Shown one piece after another: positions 18,835 to 28,938 of a DNA stretch of 64,000 bases. A program made the translations under genes and the position numbers. The notes under the pieces were generated by a model, which searched no databases, was not told the DNA's origin, and was given only the letters and a program-made list of their open reading frames with translations. Origin of the DNA: Nanobdellota archaeon (lineage in GTDB: Archaea; Nanobdellota; Nanobdellia; Woesearchaeales; GW2011-AR4). Positions within the stretch are counted from its first letter, which is position 1. Every line of letters starts with the position of its first letter. The DNA lies in the NCBI GenBank assembly GCA_038046385.1, contig JBBSWH010000005.1, forward strand, positions 1 through 64,000, given 5' to 3'.

Positions 18835-19215
18835 ATGTATCAGATAAAAAAAGAAACAAAATTGAGTTTTGAAGCTGCGGTTGCAAAAACAAGGGAAGAG
18901 CTGCAGAAAGAAGGGTTTGGAGTGCTGACAGAGATTGATGTCAAAGCTACTCTTAAGAAGAAGTTAGATGTGGATTTTGATGATTATACAATATTAGGCG
19001 CATGCAATCCTCCGATGGCTTACAAGGCGCTTCAGGCAGAGCAGGATTTGGGACTGATGCTCCCGTGCAACGTGATAGTTTATTCCAAAAACGGCAAGAC
19101 AGTTGTTGCTGCAATAAAGCCGACTGTCCAGATGGAAAAACTTGGAAATCCAAAGCTGAAGGAAGTTGCTGTGATGGTGGAAGAAAAGCTGAAAAAGGTT
19201 GTTGAGGGAGTTTGA
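18835..19215 (+). CDS. DUF302 family protein
   Basis: GFGVLTEID, ILGACNP, GLMLPCNV. Confidence 0.9.
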   Translation: MYQIKKETKLSFEAAVAKTREELQKEGFGVLTEIDVKATLKKKLDVDFDDYTILGACNPPMAYKALQAEQDLGLMLPCNVIVYSKNGKTVVAAIKPTVQMEKLGNPKLKEVAVMVEEKLKKVVEGV

Positions 19216-19252
19216 AGATAAACTTTGAATTGGATTAACTAATGTTATCGGC

Positions 19253-20239
19253 CTAATCTGAATTTATTTTTAATATTTCTTGATAAGCAGGCATCCAGCT
19301 TTCATGAATCATTATAAGATGTTCGTAATTTCTGATAACATGAGGGAATGCTTTCCTTAATTCATTTATTATTTTGTTGAAATGTTGGTAATTCTCAACT
19401 GCAAATTCAAACTCTACTTCCCAAGGAGCAAGGCTTCTGATGTAATAAAGAGAGTTTGGATGCTGGCTCATCCATTCAAAAAGGGACTTTTCGTCTTTGT
19501 CTGACAATTTTCTGAAATAGATTATTGCCTTGAAGAACTCCAAGCCTAATTTGTTGAAATCGACTGCTATTCTGTAATTTAAGATTATTCCTTTTTCTTC
19601 TAATTTCCTTATCCTTCCCCTTACGATTTCTATTGTGGATTCGGTTTTTCTTGACAATTCTGTCAGTGGGATTCTTGCTTCATTTGCCAGTATAAGGAGA
19701 ATTTTTGAATCCAATTCATCAATTTTGTTATCTACGACATCGCCTCCAAATGTTACACAATCTGCATTTTTTTCATTTGTGAAAAATTTTTTATTATATT
19801 GTCTTGTGTCTACCATTGTGCCAAGCACTTTGCTTACAATGAGATGTTCCCATTTTGAAAGCAGAGTGTTTATTTTTTCAAAATATTCCGGGATGCTTTT
19901 TGATAGGAACGCAAATACCACATCAAAAACTCCGTCAGAAATGCCATACCAGTAAATGTCCTTGTTTTGCTTCAGCTCTTCAAAGAATTTTTCCCTTTCA
20001 TTCGGTATGTTTTCCAGTTTTAAATAAACTTTAAACATGTAATAGCCTAGCTTATTTGGGTTGATTGAAGTTATAAAACCTTGAAGCACACCATCCTTTT
20101 GCAATTGCTGGATTCTGTATTTTACTGCTTCCCTTGACTTGTGAACTTTCTTTGCAAGCTGGGCATTTGAGATTCTGCAATTCTTGTCAAGTTCTGCAAT
20201 TATTTTTCTATCGGTTGTATCTAGTTGAATTTTACTCAT
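19253..20239 (-). CDS. Tandem (double) Lrp/AsnC-family regulator
   Basis: Two repeats: LDTTDRKII...LAKKV and IDELDSKIL...RIRKLEEKGII. Confidence 0.9.
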   Translation of the reverse strand: MSKIQLDTTDRKIIAELDKNCRISNAQLAKKVHKSREAVKYRIQQLQKDGVLQGFITSINPNKLGYYMFKVYLKLENIPNEREKFFEELKQNKDIYWYGISDGVFDVVFAFLSKSIPEYFEKINTLLSKWEHLIVSKVLGTMVDTRQYNKKFFTNEKNADCVTFGGDVVDNKIDELDSKILLILANEARIPLTELSRKTESTIEIVRGRIRKLEEKGIILNYRIAVDFNKLGLEFFKAIIYFRKLSDKDEKSLFEWMSQHPNSLYYIRSLAPWEVEFEFAVENYQHFNKIINELRKAFPHVIRNYEHLIMIHESWMPAYQEILKINSD

Positions 20240-20349
20240 ATATTAACCGATATGTGTTTTTATTTATAAATATTTCTATAAAATGGTTAAAAAATAGTAC
20301 AAAGTTTAATATCTATGTTTAATCTGTTATTATTTATTGGTGGTAACAA

Positions 20350-20601
20350 ATGGCAGGAAACAGAACGAATGATGGAATAAGAATCTCGGACATAATCAGA
20401 TTGCTAAGCCAATTGCCTGGAATCAATATCAGACAAGGCAGCAATCATCCTTACATTGCAATAAGAGATGGAATGAGGCCGTGTCCAATTGCAGCTTCTA
20501 CCAATGCAAAAACTATGCTGGTGCCTTGGATAGCACAAGCTACTGGCTACAACAGGCAGTCAATCTATTCTTCTTTAAGATCCGGGGAGTGGTACGGATG
20601 A
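20350..20601 (+). CDS. Small basic protein, HicA-like fold suspected
   Basis: GINIRQGSNHPY resembles the HicA RQxGSH motif. GGTGG SD. ATGA overlap with the next gene. Confidence 0.6.
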   Translation: MAGNRTNDGIRISDIIRLLSQLPGINIRQGSNHPYIAIRDGMRPCPIAASTNAKTMLVPWIAQATGYNRQSIYSSLRSGEWYG

Positions 20602-21992
20602 CAAAAATAGATTTAATCCAACCAAGGCACAATTATGCACCTCCTGCTAGTCAGGAAGCTATTGGGCATGTGTACATGCCAACTTCACTGTTAACAGCAG
20701 CTGCAAGATTAATTGCCGCAGGAGTGGATGTAGAAATACATGATGAAAACATAAGGCCACGCAATATAACTTCTGAATATATAGGAATTAATCTTCTTGG
20801 AGCGCCTTACATTCCTGAAGCTATAAGGATTCAGAATGAAATAAGCAGGGAAGCAGAAAATGCAAAATATATTCTTGGCGGGCAGGTAATATCCGGGCTT
20901 TCTCCAGAGGAATTAAGAAGGCTTTTTGGAAATTCTGCACATAACGGAAATGATGACACAACCTTGGCGTCTGTGCTTGGAGTAGACACCAGAAGCTTAA
21001 CTTCTGCAAGAAACACTTCTTTGATTCCGGCATATGAAAGAATCTCGGATAAAGATATGAAGATGTACCTATCAAGAGAATTTGGATTTTATCTTTCCCA
21101 GGGTTGTGAGAAAGCGTGTGATTTTTGCGCTGCATCCAGAACATTTAAAGATCCGGTTACTGGGGATATTTCCAGAGTGATTGAGTCTTATAGGAGCCCT
21201 GAAATTATAAGAGCAGATTTGGAATATCTTGTAGGAAGGGCAAGAAGAATGGGGATGAATGAATTAAATATGTACCTCTCTAATTTGGATGTATTCCAAA
21301 CTCCTGGTGCATTGGCAGAATTTGCAAATATAGTTCAAGATATCAGAAGAGAAAATCCTGGCTTTGAAATAGTGACAAGAGGGCTTTCAAGAGTAGATTC
21401 GTTCCTAAATGCTAGAAAAAATGCAATTAGTCCAATTGAAGAGATAGTTTCATCTGGCTTTCATACTGTCGGGTTTGGTGTAGATGGGGGGACAGAAGAG
21501 GCATGGAGAAACAACCATAAGGGACAGAATGAAAGGATGTGCATCGAAGCAATAAGATCTGCAAGGCAGGATTATGGGATAACACCTGAGGCATTGATGG
21601 TATTTGGACATGTAAACACAAGCGAAAATGACCCTCGCGCAGCGTATGACTTTGCAAAGTCGATGTCAGAGAGTTATGGAGCAATCCCAAGGCCGCATAT
21701 TTCAAAGTGGAGAATTCCAGGAAATGCAGGCTGGAGGGAAGAAAGTGGCAGAAATTATAGAGAAGCATTAATTTCAAATCCAGTTCTTTTCCAGTCATTA
21801 GACTTTACAGCGCTTCCTTCAAGGCTTACGCATCCAGATTCTGCACTAAGAGAGGAAGCAATAAAGTATTTTCTTATGATGTGCCTGCTTCCAGACAATA
21901 CGACGCAGCCGGTGTTTCCTTTAGAGCCAGGAATGGGGCCGCATGAAATTGAACGTGTTAGGCTGCGCAATATTGGAAAATATGACAGATAA
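20598..21992 (+). CDS. Radical SAM enzyme with N-terminal B12-binding-like domain
   Basis: SQGCEKACDFC (CxxxCxxC); KIDLIQP...PTSLLTAAARL...VEIHDEN...ILGG N-domain; VGFGVD. Confidence 0.88.
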   Translation: MTKIDLIQPRHNYAPPASQEAIGHVYMPTSLLTAAARLIAAGVDVEIHDENIRPRNITSEYIGINLLGAPYIPEAIRIQNEISREAENAKYILGGQVISGLSPEELRRLFGNSAHNGNDDTTLASVLGVDTRSLTSARNTSLIPAYERISDKDMKMYLSREFGFYLSQGCEKACDFCAASRTFKDPVTGDISRVIESYRSPEIIRADLEYLVGRARRMGMNELNMYLSNLDVFQTPGALAEFANIVQDIRRENPGFEIVTRGLSRVDSFLNARKNAISPIEEIVSSGFHTVGFGVDGGTEEAWRNNHKGQNERMCIEAIRSARQDYGITPEALMVFGHVNTSENDPRAAYDFAKSMSESYGAIPRPHISKWRIPGNAGWREESGRNYREALISNPVLFQSLDFTALPSRLTHPDSALREEAIKYFLMMCLLPDNTTQPVFPLEPGMGPHEIERVRLRNIGKYDR

Positions 21993-22079
21993 TTTCACAA
22001 AATCACTAAAATCCGACAGAAATGTTTAAATACGCCCTGTTTTGAGTATGGTAAAATAACAACTCAGGGGGCTGATAAA

Positions 22080-23240
22080 ATGAAAAAGTCAATTTTTGTT
22101 TTGTTTATTATTTCTGTGTTTTTGCTTGCAGCATGCTCGCAAACTGAGCAGGCGCAGCAGCCGGCGCAGGATACGCAGGGCTCATATAAAATAGGGGTCA
22201 TGGCTCCTTTGACAGGGGACGCAGCTTCTGTTGGCCTGCCAATCCAGAAGGCATTAAAGATTGCTTTTGATGAGGTAAATGCAAAAGGCGGAGTCAACGG
22301 AAAAAAGCTTGAGCCTATTTACGAGGACAGCAAGTGCAATCCAAAGGATGGAAACGCAGCAGCCCAGAAGCTTATCAGCGTTGATAATGTTAAAGTCATA
22401 ATAGGAGGAGTATGCTCTGGAGAGACTCTTGGAGCAGCGCCGATAACAGAAGCCAATAAAGTTTTGCTTATATCTCCAAGCGCAACTTCACCGGATATAA
22501 CCAAAGCAGGAGATTTTGTTTTCAGGACTGCTCCGAGCGATGCTTATGCCGGAGCGGTTGCATCTGATTATGCATTCAATGAATTAAATTCAAGGAAAGC
22601 AGCCATAATATCAGAAAACACTGACTATGCACAGGGCTTGAAAAGAGTATTTGCAGAAAACTTTGTCAAGCTTGGCGGAGAAATTGTTGCTGATGAAACA
22701 TACAATCCGGAAGACGCTGATTTCAGGACACAGGTTACAAAAGTCAAGGCAGCCGGACCTAATGTGATATACATTGTTCCTCAGACTCCTCCAAAGGGAA
22801 TTTTGCTTATTAAGCAGATTAGGGAAGCAGGAGTTACTGCACAGCTTGTAACAGCTGAAGTTTTGATAGGAAGGAATGTTGTCAAGGAAAACTGGGCAGA
22901 CATGGAAGGCCTTATAGGAATTGAACAGAAGTTTGATGAGAAAGGAACAAAGGCAGCTGCACTGCTTGCAAAGTACAGGCAGCAGACAAATGAAGAAGCC
23001 CCATTCCCCGGATACATGGCCGGCGCTTATGACATTGTATACCTGATTGCAGACGCAATTGCAAAGAACGGCTACGACAGCGAAGCATTGAAAAATTATT
23101 TCTATGCTATTGAGGATTATAACGGTGCTGCCGGAAAGATTACAATGGACCAGAACGGAGATCCGATAATGGAGTACTCTGTGCAGCAGGTAAAGAACGG
23201 CGTTGTAGTTCCGGCACAGGCAACTCCGAGCAAGGGATAA
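22080..23240 (+). CDS. livK: Branched-chain amino acid ABC substrate-binding lipoprotein (LivJ/K family)
   Basis: Lipobox LAA-C, KIGVMAPLTG, EDSKCNP, ISPSATSP. Confidence 0.9.
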   Translation: MKKSIFVLFIISVFLLAACSQTEQAQQPAQDTQGSYKIGVMAPLTGDAASVGLPIQKALKIAFDEVNAKGGVNGKKLEPIYEDSKCNPKDGNAAAQKLISVDNVKVIIGGVCSGETLGAAPITEANKVLLISPSATSPDITKAGDFVFRTAPSDAYAGAVASDYAFNELNSRKAAIISENTDYAQGLKRVFAENFVKLGGEIVADETYNPEDADFRTQVTKVKAAGPNVIYIVPQTPPKGILLIKQIREAGVTAQLVTAEVLIGRNVVKENWADMEGLIGIEQKFDEKGTKAAALLAKYRQQTNEEAPFPGYMAGAYDIVYLIADAIAKNGYDSEALKNYFYAIEDYNGAAGKITMDQNGDPIMEYSVQQVKNGVVVPAQATPSKG

Positions 23241-23265
23241 TCTCCCTTTTTCTTTTTTTTATTTT
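23233..23265 (+). terminator. Short hairpin plus long T tract
   Basis: AGGGA-TAATC-TCCCT followed by TTTTCTTTTTTTT. Confidence 0.55.
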
Positions 23266-23429
23266 GTTAGCATCGGCTTAGGTTATCTGCAATAAGTATA
23301 ATACATGACATCCCCGTAAGGGACTCGACTTGAAGCATAGCTTCAAGTGAGCAATTGAGCTTTGCTCAATTCGCTTCCCCCTATCATGTTAGATGTAAAA
23401 ATAGAACACCTTCGCGAATTGATGCTAAC
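23266..23429. repeat. Palindromic intergenic element (copy A)
   Basis: Outer IR GTTAGCATC/GATGCTAAC. The 54-nt core 23326-23379 matches the reverse complement of 42334-42387 at 48/54 positions. Confidence 0.8.
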
Positions 23430-23475
23430 CTTAATTTGAAAAAAGCTTAAATACTGGTTAGAACCGGTTAAAAAA

Positions 23476-24360
23476 ATGCCATTCACGGACATACTGCCGC
23501 AGCTGCTGGTCAATGGGCTGATTGCCGGGGCAATTTATGCGCTTGCGGCTTCTGGATTCTCGCTTGTTTATTATGTTCTCAAGTTCCAGTATTTCTCGCA
23601 GGGCGCGATAATGACAATAGGCGCTTACTCTTTTTTTGCATTTTTCACTTCCATGAAAATTGGCTATGTTACTGCAGGCATTCTTTCAGTAATTGTATCA
23701 ATTCTTGCGGCTTTGATAACAAACTGGATTGTTTACAGGCCATTGAGAAGGAGAAAAGCGACTCCGGTGACATTGCTTATAACATCTATTGTTTTGCTTA
23801 TGTTCTCTTCTTCATTGATTCTTGCGCTTTTTGGGTCGAGTGCAAAGACAATACCTTTTTCAAACAAAACTTATGATTTTGGGATGTTTACGATAACTTT
23901 GCTGCAGATATGGATTATTGCTTCATCAATTGTTTTGTTCTTTGCGCTTTGGCTTGTTCTTAAATTCACAAGGCTCGGGAAGGCAATGCGCGCAATAGCA
24001 GACAACAAGGATGTTGCGCAGATTATAGGAATAAATCCTGAAAAAATCTACACTTTCACGTTTGTTATTGCCTCTGTTTTAGGGGCTTTTGCAGGAATTC
24101 TGCTGGGGCTCGAGCAGAACCTGTATCCGAGGATGGGGGTGCTGGTTATAGTAAAAGGATTCATCGGCGCTGTTGTCGGCGGAATAACATCTGTGCCGGG
24201 CTCAATAATCGGCGGGCTGACAGTAGGGGTTGTTGAAAACATAGGGATATGGTTTTTGCCTTCAGGCTACAAGGATGTTATATCATTTACCATACTCCTT
24301 GTGTTTCTTTTGCTTAGGCCGCAGGGAATTTTTGGAGTGAGGTTGCGGGATGATTCTTGA
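23476..24360 (+). CDS. livH: BCAA ABC permease
   Basis: QLLVNGLIAGAIYAL, TRLGKAMRA, RPQGIFG. Confidence 0.92.
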   Translation: MPFTDILPQLLVNGLIAGAIYALAASGFSLVYYVLKFQYFSQGAIMTIGAYSFFAFFTSMKIGYVTAGILSVIVSILAALITNWIVYRPLRRRKATPVTLLITSIVLLMFSSSLILALFGSSAKTIPFSNKTYDFGMFTITLLQIWIIASSIVLFFALWLVLKFTRLGKAMRAIADNKDVAQIIGINPEKIYTFTFVIASVLGAFAGILLGLEQNLYPRMGVLVIVKGFIGAVVGGITSVPGSIIGGLTVGVVENIGIWFLPSGYKDVISFTILLVFLLLRPQGIFGVRLRDDS

Positions 24361-25201
24361 TTATTTTGTTTCAATTATTACATATTCTTTGATTTACATA
24401 CTGATAGTCACATCATTAAATCTTGCCTATGGATTTACAGGGCTTGTGAATCTTGGGCATATGGCTTTCTTCGGCATCGGAGCGTATGCTTCTGCATTAT
24501 TGACTTTAAATGGGATGCCTTGGTATGCTGCAATGATTTTAGCAGGAATAATTGCGTCAGTTTTTGGGGCAATAATGGCTGCAATAACTGTTCGTTTGAA
24601 GGGAGATTATTTTCAGGTGGTTACTTTGGGGCTCGTGTTTATGACGATTGCAGTATCAAGAAATTGGATATCGCTGACAAGGGGCGCTTTGGGACTGCCC
24701 GGGGTGCCAAGCATAATATCAAGCAAATTTTATTACATGCTTTTTGTTTTATTAATCTGCAGTATTTGTGTTCTTATAATTAATCTTATTGTGAAGTCAA
24801 AAACCGGAAGAATTTTTCAGGCAATAAGGGATGATGAGACTGCGGCAGCTATTCTTGGGAAGAACACTTATTTTTACAAGGTTTTAAGCATTTCAGTATC
24901 AACATTCTTTGCAGGAATTGCGGGAAGCTTGTTTGTTCATTATATTAATTTTGTAGATCCCACTATATTTGACCTTGAGTTTTTCGTGCTAATACTTTCC
25001 TTCCTCATTATTGGGGGAGTTGCGTCTATAAAAGGAACTATAATCAGCGTTTTTGTGTTGGAAGCAATACATGAGTCACTGAGATTTGTTGCAATAAGCC
25101 CGGAAATAATTGGCGCTTTGAGGGTTATGCTTTTTATGGGGATATCGATTGTCATACTGATATTCAGACCGAGGGGAATGTTTGGCAAGGTGGACATATG
25201 A
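24350..25201 (+). CDS. livM: BCAA ABC permease
   Basis: GLVNLGHMAFFGIGAY, LKGDYF, AIRDDE. Confidence 0.92.
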   Translation: MILDYFVSIITYSLIYILIVTSLNLAYGFTGLVNLGHMAFFGIGAYASALLTLNGMPWYAAMILAGIIASVFGAIMAAITVRLKGDYFQVVTLGLVFMTIAVSRNWISLTRGALGLPGVPSIISSKFYYMLFVLLICSICVLIINLIVKSKTGRIFQAIRDDETAAAILGKNTYFYKVLSISVSTFFAGIAGSLFVHYINFVDPTIFDLEFFVLILSFLIIGGVASIKGTIISVFVLEAIHESLRFVAISPEIIGALRVMLFMGISIVILIFRPRGMFGKVDI

Positions 25202-25884
25202 TGCTTTCATTAAAGAATATTTCAAAAAGCTTTGGGGGTGTTAAGGCTGTTGATAGATGTACATTTAATGTTGAAGAAGGAACTATCACATCGCTTATCG
25301 GGCCGAACGGCGCAGGCAAGACCACTGTGTTTAACATAATAAGCGGATTAACGAATCCGGATTCCGGATCAATAAAGCTTGGAAACAGGGATGTTGCAGG
25401 GCTTCCTGCTTACAAAATCGCACAATTCGGGATAAGCAGGACTTTTCAATTGACTAAAGTGTTCAGGAATATGTCAATAAAAGACAACCTGCTTATGGCA
25501 AAAGAAGCATCTGAAAAAGAGATGGAAGATGTTATTAAAAGTGTTTACCTTAACAAGCCGCTCGATACAACTGCTTCTGAGCTTTCTTACGGCCAGCAAA
25601 GACTGCTGGAGATTGCAAGGGCATTATTGATGCCGCATAACCTTTTGATGCTTGATGAGCCTACTGCAGGAGTTAATCCAAGGATAAGGCAGGAATTAAA
25701 GATAATACTTAAGAAATTAAGAAAAGAAGGGAAAACTGTTTTGCTTATTGAGCACGACATGGATTTTGTGATGGATATAAGCGACAAAGTGATTGTCCTT
25801 GCAGAAGGCAGTGTTTTAAGAGAAGGAAAGCCAAATGAGATAATGAAAGACAAAAAGGTTTTAGAGGTTTATCTGGGGAAATAA
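25198..25884 (+). CDS. livG: BCAA ABC ATP-binding protein
   Basis: GPNGAGKT, RTFQ, LSYGQ, LDEP, EHDM. Confidence 0.92.
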   Translation: MMLSLKNISKSFGGVKAVDRCTFNVEEGTITSLIGPNGAGKTTVFNIISGLTNPDSGSIKLGNRDVAGLPAYKIAQFGISRTFQLTKVFRNMSIKDNLLMAKEASEKEMEDVIKSVYLNKPLDTTASELSYGQQRLLEIARALLMPHNLLMLDEPTAGVNPRIRQELKIILKKLRKEGKTVLLIEHDMDFVMDISDKVIVLAEGSVLREGKPNEIMKDKKVLEVYLGK

Positions 25885-26051
25885 TGATTATAATAAATAG
25901 GCGAGCTGGTTATGGTGCCAGCGAGCACAAAAGTCTGTGCGAAGCACGGAAAAATAAAAATCACAAAAACAATAAACAAAACTCATTAACTAATAACATT
26001 AAAAAATAAACATTGAATAAAAATTGTTATAATAAAAATTAAAAAACTAAA

Positions 26052-26759
26052 ATGTTAAACATACAAAACCTAAAATCAGGATATGGGAAGATGCAAGTAC
26101 TTGATGGAGTGAATCTTGCTGTAAAACCGGGAGAGATAGCTGTGCTGATTGGGCCAAATGGCGCAGGGAAATCAACTGTGCTAAAAAGCATCTTTAATTT
26201 GATTGATATTTACAATGGAAAAATTGTTTATAAAAATAAGGACATCACAGATATTCCAACTCATGAGCTTATCGAGCTTGGAATAAGCTATGTTCCGCAG
26301 GGGAGGCAGGTTTTCAGCAGCCTGACTGTGAAAGAAAATCTTGAAATGGGTGCTTTTCTTACAAAGGAAAAAACGCTTGTAGATAAAAAAATGGAAGAAG
26401 TGCTGGAAAAGCATTTTCCAGACTTAAGGAAAAAACTTAATGATTATGCATTCTCCCTTTCCGGAGGGCAGCAGCAGATGCTTGCAATCGGAAGGGCGCT
26501 TATGCAAGATCCGCAGCTGCTTTTATTGGATGAGCCTTCGCTTGGGCTGGCCCCAAAGATAATGAAAGAGTTATTCAGAAAGATAAAGGAAATCAATGAA
26601 GAAGGAGTTACAATACTGATGGTTGAGCAGAACGCAAGACAGGCTACTCAGATTGCAGACAAAATATTCGTGCTTGAGGACGGAAAAGTGGCTTTGAGCG
26701 GCAATAAATCGTTGTTGAAAACAAAAAAGATACAGCATATTTATCTTGGCGGGCATTGA
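26052..26759 (+). CDS. livF: BCAA ABC ATP-binding protein
   Basis: GPNGAGKS, LSGGQQQM, DEPSLGLAP, VEQNA. Confidence 0.92.
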   Translation: MLNIQNLKSGYGKMQVLDGVNLAVKPGEIAVLIGPNGAGKSTVLKSIFNLIDIYNGKIVYKNKDITDIPTHELIELGISYVPQGRQVFSSLTVKENLEMGAFLTKEKTLVDKKMEEVLEKHFPDLRKKLNDYAFSLSGGQQQMLAIGRALMQDPQLLLLDEPSLGLAPKIMKELFRKIKEINEEGVTILMVEQNARQATQIADKIFVLEDGKVALSGNKSLLKTKKIQHIYLGGH

Positions 26760-26799
26760 AAACCCAATCTTTTTAAATTGAGTATTCATTCTTTTTATT

Positions 26800-28272
26800 A
26801 TGGCAAAGCACAATGTGTCAAGGACAATGTCAACACAGCATCCTGACAATGTACATACTCCTTTTTTCTCCGACAATCCCGAATTAGGGGGGGAAGATGA
26901 AGTCAAAGAAGTTTTCTATGCATATTCGCACATACACTGCAAGGAACAGCTGTGGGACTGTGAGGGAAAAGAGGTTGATAATTTTGTTGTTAAGAAATTA
27001 TTAAGCAAGTACGAGCCTTATTTCAGGAAGAATACGCTTGGAAAAGATATAGCGCTTACTTTAAGGGTCCCCAATCCTTCTGTTGAGAAGAATGAAGCCA
27101 AAATATTATTGGAAACGCTTGAAAGCATCCCAAGAAATTATGATGCAGCCAATCTTTTTTATGATAAAGAAGTTGCGCCAATATTTGAGATTGCTCTGCC
27201 GATGACAAGAAGCCATAAAGAGCTTGTGAGGATTGCACAATATTACAGGAACCATGTTGTGGGGAAGCAGCACCACAAGATTGATGGCATGAAAATATCC
27301 GATTGGATAGGCGACTTTAAGCCAGAATCATTAAGAATGATTCCGCTGATAGAGGAGAACGACACAATACTTGATGCTGACAAAATTGTTGAGAATTATT
27401 TAAAAGAAGAAAAAGTTGAGGAATATCAAAGAGTGTGGCTTGCAAGATCTGATCCTGCGCTGAATTACGGGAATCTTGCAACTGTGCTGATGCTGAAGGT
27501 GTCATTGCAGAAGCTTAGAAAAGTGCAGGAAAAGATGTCTATTGATATTCTGCCGATATTAGGATGCGGTTCTGCTCCATTCAGGGGAAACTTCAAGCCA
27601 ACTAACATAAAGAACTGTATTAAAGGATATCCAAGCATACACACTTACACATTGCAGTCTGCTTTCAAATATGATTACAATATACATGACGTCAACAAGG
27701 CTGTTAAATTTTTGAATGGGACAAAAGCAGGCAAGCCGGTGCAGGTTGATGAGAAAAGATTATTGCCGATAATTGAAAAGCTGACAAAAGAATATCAGAA
27801 GCAGGTCAAGCTGCTTGTTGGCCAGATTAACAATATAGTGCCCTATATTCCTTCGAGAAGAAAAAGAAAACTGCACATTGGATTATTTGGATATTCGCGG
27901 GAGATGAAAGGCACAAAATTGCCACGCGCGATAACATTCTGTGCATCCCTTTATTCGTATGGTCTTCCGCCAGAATTATTGTCGCTGAATGTTTTAAATT
28001 CAAAGGATATTGATTACATCAAAGATGTTTATGCAAATTTTGAAGCTGATTTGAAAGACTCATTGAAGTATTTGAACAAAAATAACTTGAAGATATTCCC
28101 TAACGAAATTGTAAAATCAATCAATAAAATAAAAAGTATGGCTGATTATGAGCCTGATGAGAAGCACAATAAAGTAACTTCAATAATTCTTGAAAATTTG
28201 AAAAAGAAAGAGTATACTACATTAACCGAAAACATAACGAGAGCTGGATTTATCAGAGGATTTTTAGGCTGA
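26800..28272 (+). CDS. ppcA: Archaeal-type phosphoenolpyruvate carboxylase
   Basis: MSTQHPDN, WDCEGK, ARSDPALNYG, GSAPFRG, LPRAITF. Confidence 0.93.
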   Translation: MAKHNVSRTMSTQHPDNVHTPFFSDNPELGGEDEVKEVFYAYSHIHCKEQLWDCEGKEVDNFVVKKLLSKYEPYFRKNTLGKDIALTLRVPNPSVEKNEAKILLETLESIPRNYDAANLFYDKEVAPIFEIALPMTRSHKELVRIAQYYRNHVVGKQHHKIDGMKISDWIGDFKPESLRMIPLIEENDTILDADKIVENYLKEEKVEEYQRVWLARSDPALNYGNLATVLMLKVSLQKLRKVQEKMSIDILPILGCGSAPFRGNFKPTNIKNCIKGYPSIHTYTLQSAFKYDYNIHDVNKAVKFLNGTKAGKPVQVDEKRLLPIIEKLTKEYQKQVKLLVGQINNIVPYIPSRRKRKLHIGLFGYSREMKGTKLPRAITFCASLYSYGLPPELLSLNVLNSKDIDYIKDVYANFEADLKDSLKYLNKNNLKIFPNEIVKSINKIKSMADYEPDEKHNKVTSIILENLKKKEYTTLTENITRAGFIRGFLG

Positions 28273-28824
28273 TTATTTTTTTCTAAAACAAGTTTCAATG
28301 TGGTCATCGACCATTCCAACAGCCTGCATGAAGGCGTAGCAGATTGTGGAGCCTGCAAACTTAAAGCCTCTTTTTAGAAGGTCTTTAGACATTGCATCTG
28401 ATTCAGGTGATTTTGCAGGGATTTCTTTCAATGATTTTGGATGGTTTGTTATTGTTTTATTATTTGTAAACTGCCATATATACTTGTCAAATGTTCCAAA
28501 CTCTTCTTTTACCTTAAGAAAGCATTTTGCATTTGTTATTGCTGATGCTATTTTCAGTTTGTTTCTTATTATTCCGGAATTTGAAAGAAGCTCTTTGACT
28601 TTTTTTTCATTGTATTTTGAAACTTTAATTGGGTCAAAGTTGTCAAAAGCTTTTTTGTACTCTTTTCTTTTCTTGAGTACAGTGCTCCAGCTTAAGCCGG
28701 CTTGGGCGCCTTCAAGTATCAGGAATTCAAACAGTAATCTGTCATCATGAACAGGAGTTCCCCATTCTTTATCGTGATACTCCTGCATTAAATCGCCGGA
28801 TTCGCACCATTCGCATCTTTTCAT
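28273..28824 (-). CDS. tag: DNA-3-methyladenine glycosylase I
   Basis: RCEW, YHDKEWG, LEGAQAGLSW, IIRNKLKI, DDHIETC. Confidence 0.93.
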   Translation of the reverse strand: MKRCEWCESGDLMQEYHDKEWGTPVHDDRLLFEFLILEGAQAGLSWSTVLKKRKEYKKAFDNFDPIKVSKYNEKKVKELLSNSGIIRNKLKIASAITNAKCFLKVKEEFGTFDKYIWQFTNNKTITNHPKSLKEIPAKSPESDAMSKDLLKRGFKFAGSTICYAFMQAVGMVDDHIETCFRKK

Positions 28825-28938
28825 TGGATTGTAGAATAATTGGCGGTTTAAATTGGTTTTGCCATCGTTTGCATTGAATGTAAGACAAAACTGCATTTTA
28901 TGACAAGGTTTTTAAACAAAAAATTGTTACATGCAGTT

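Noticed and set aside
25884-26051. 41-aa ORF and small GC-rich hairpins between livG and livF
   Set aside because: Low-complexity N/K-rich translation and only 5-bp stems. Possibly a decayed repeat, but not supportable.
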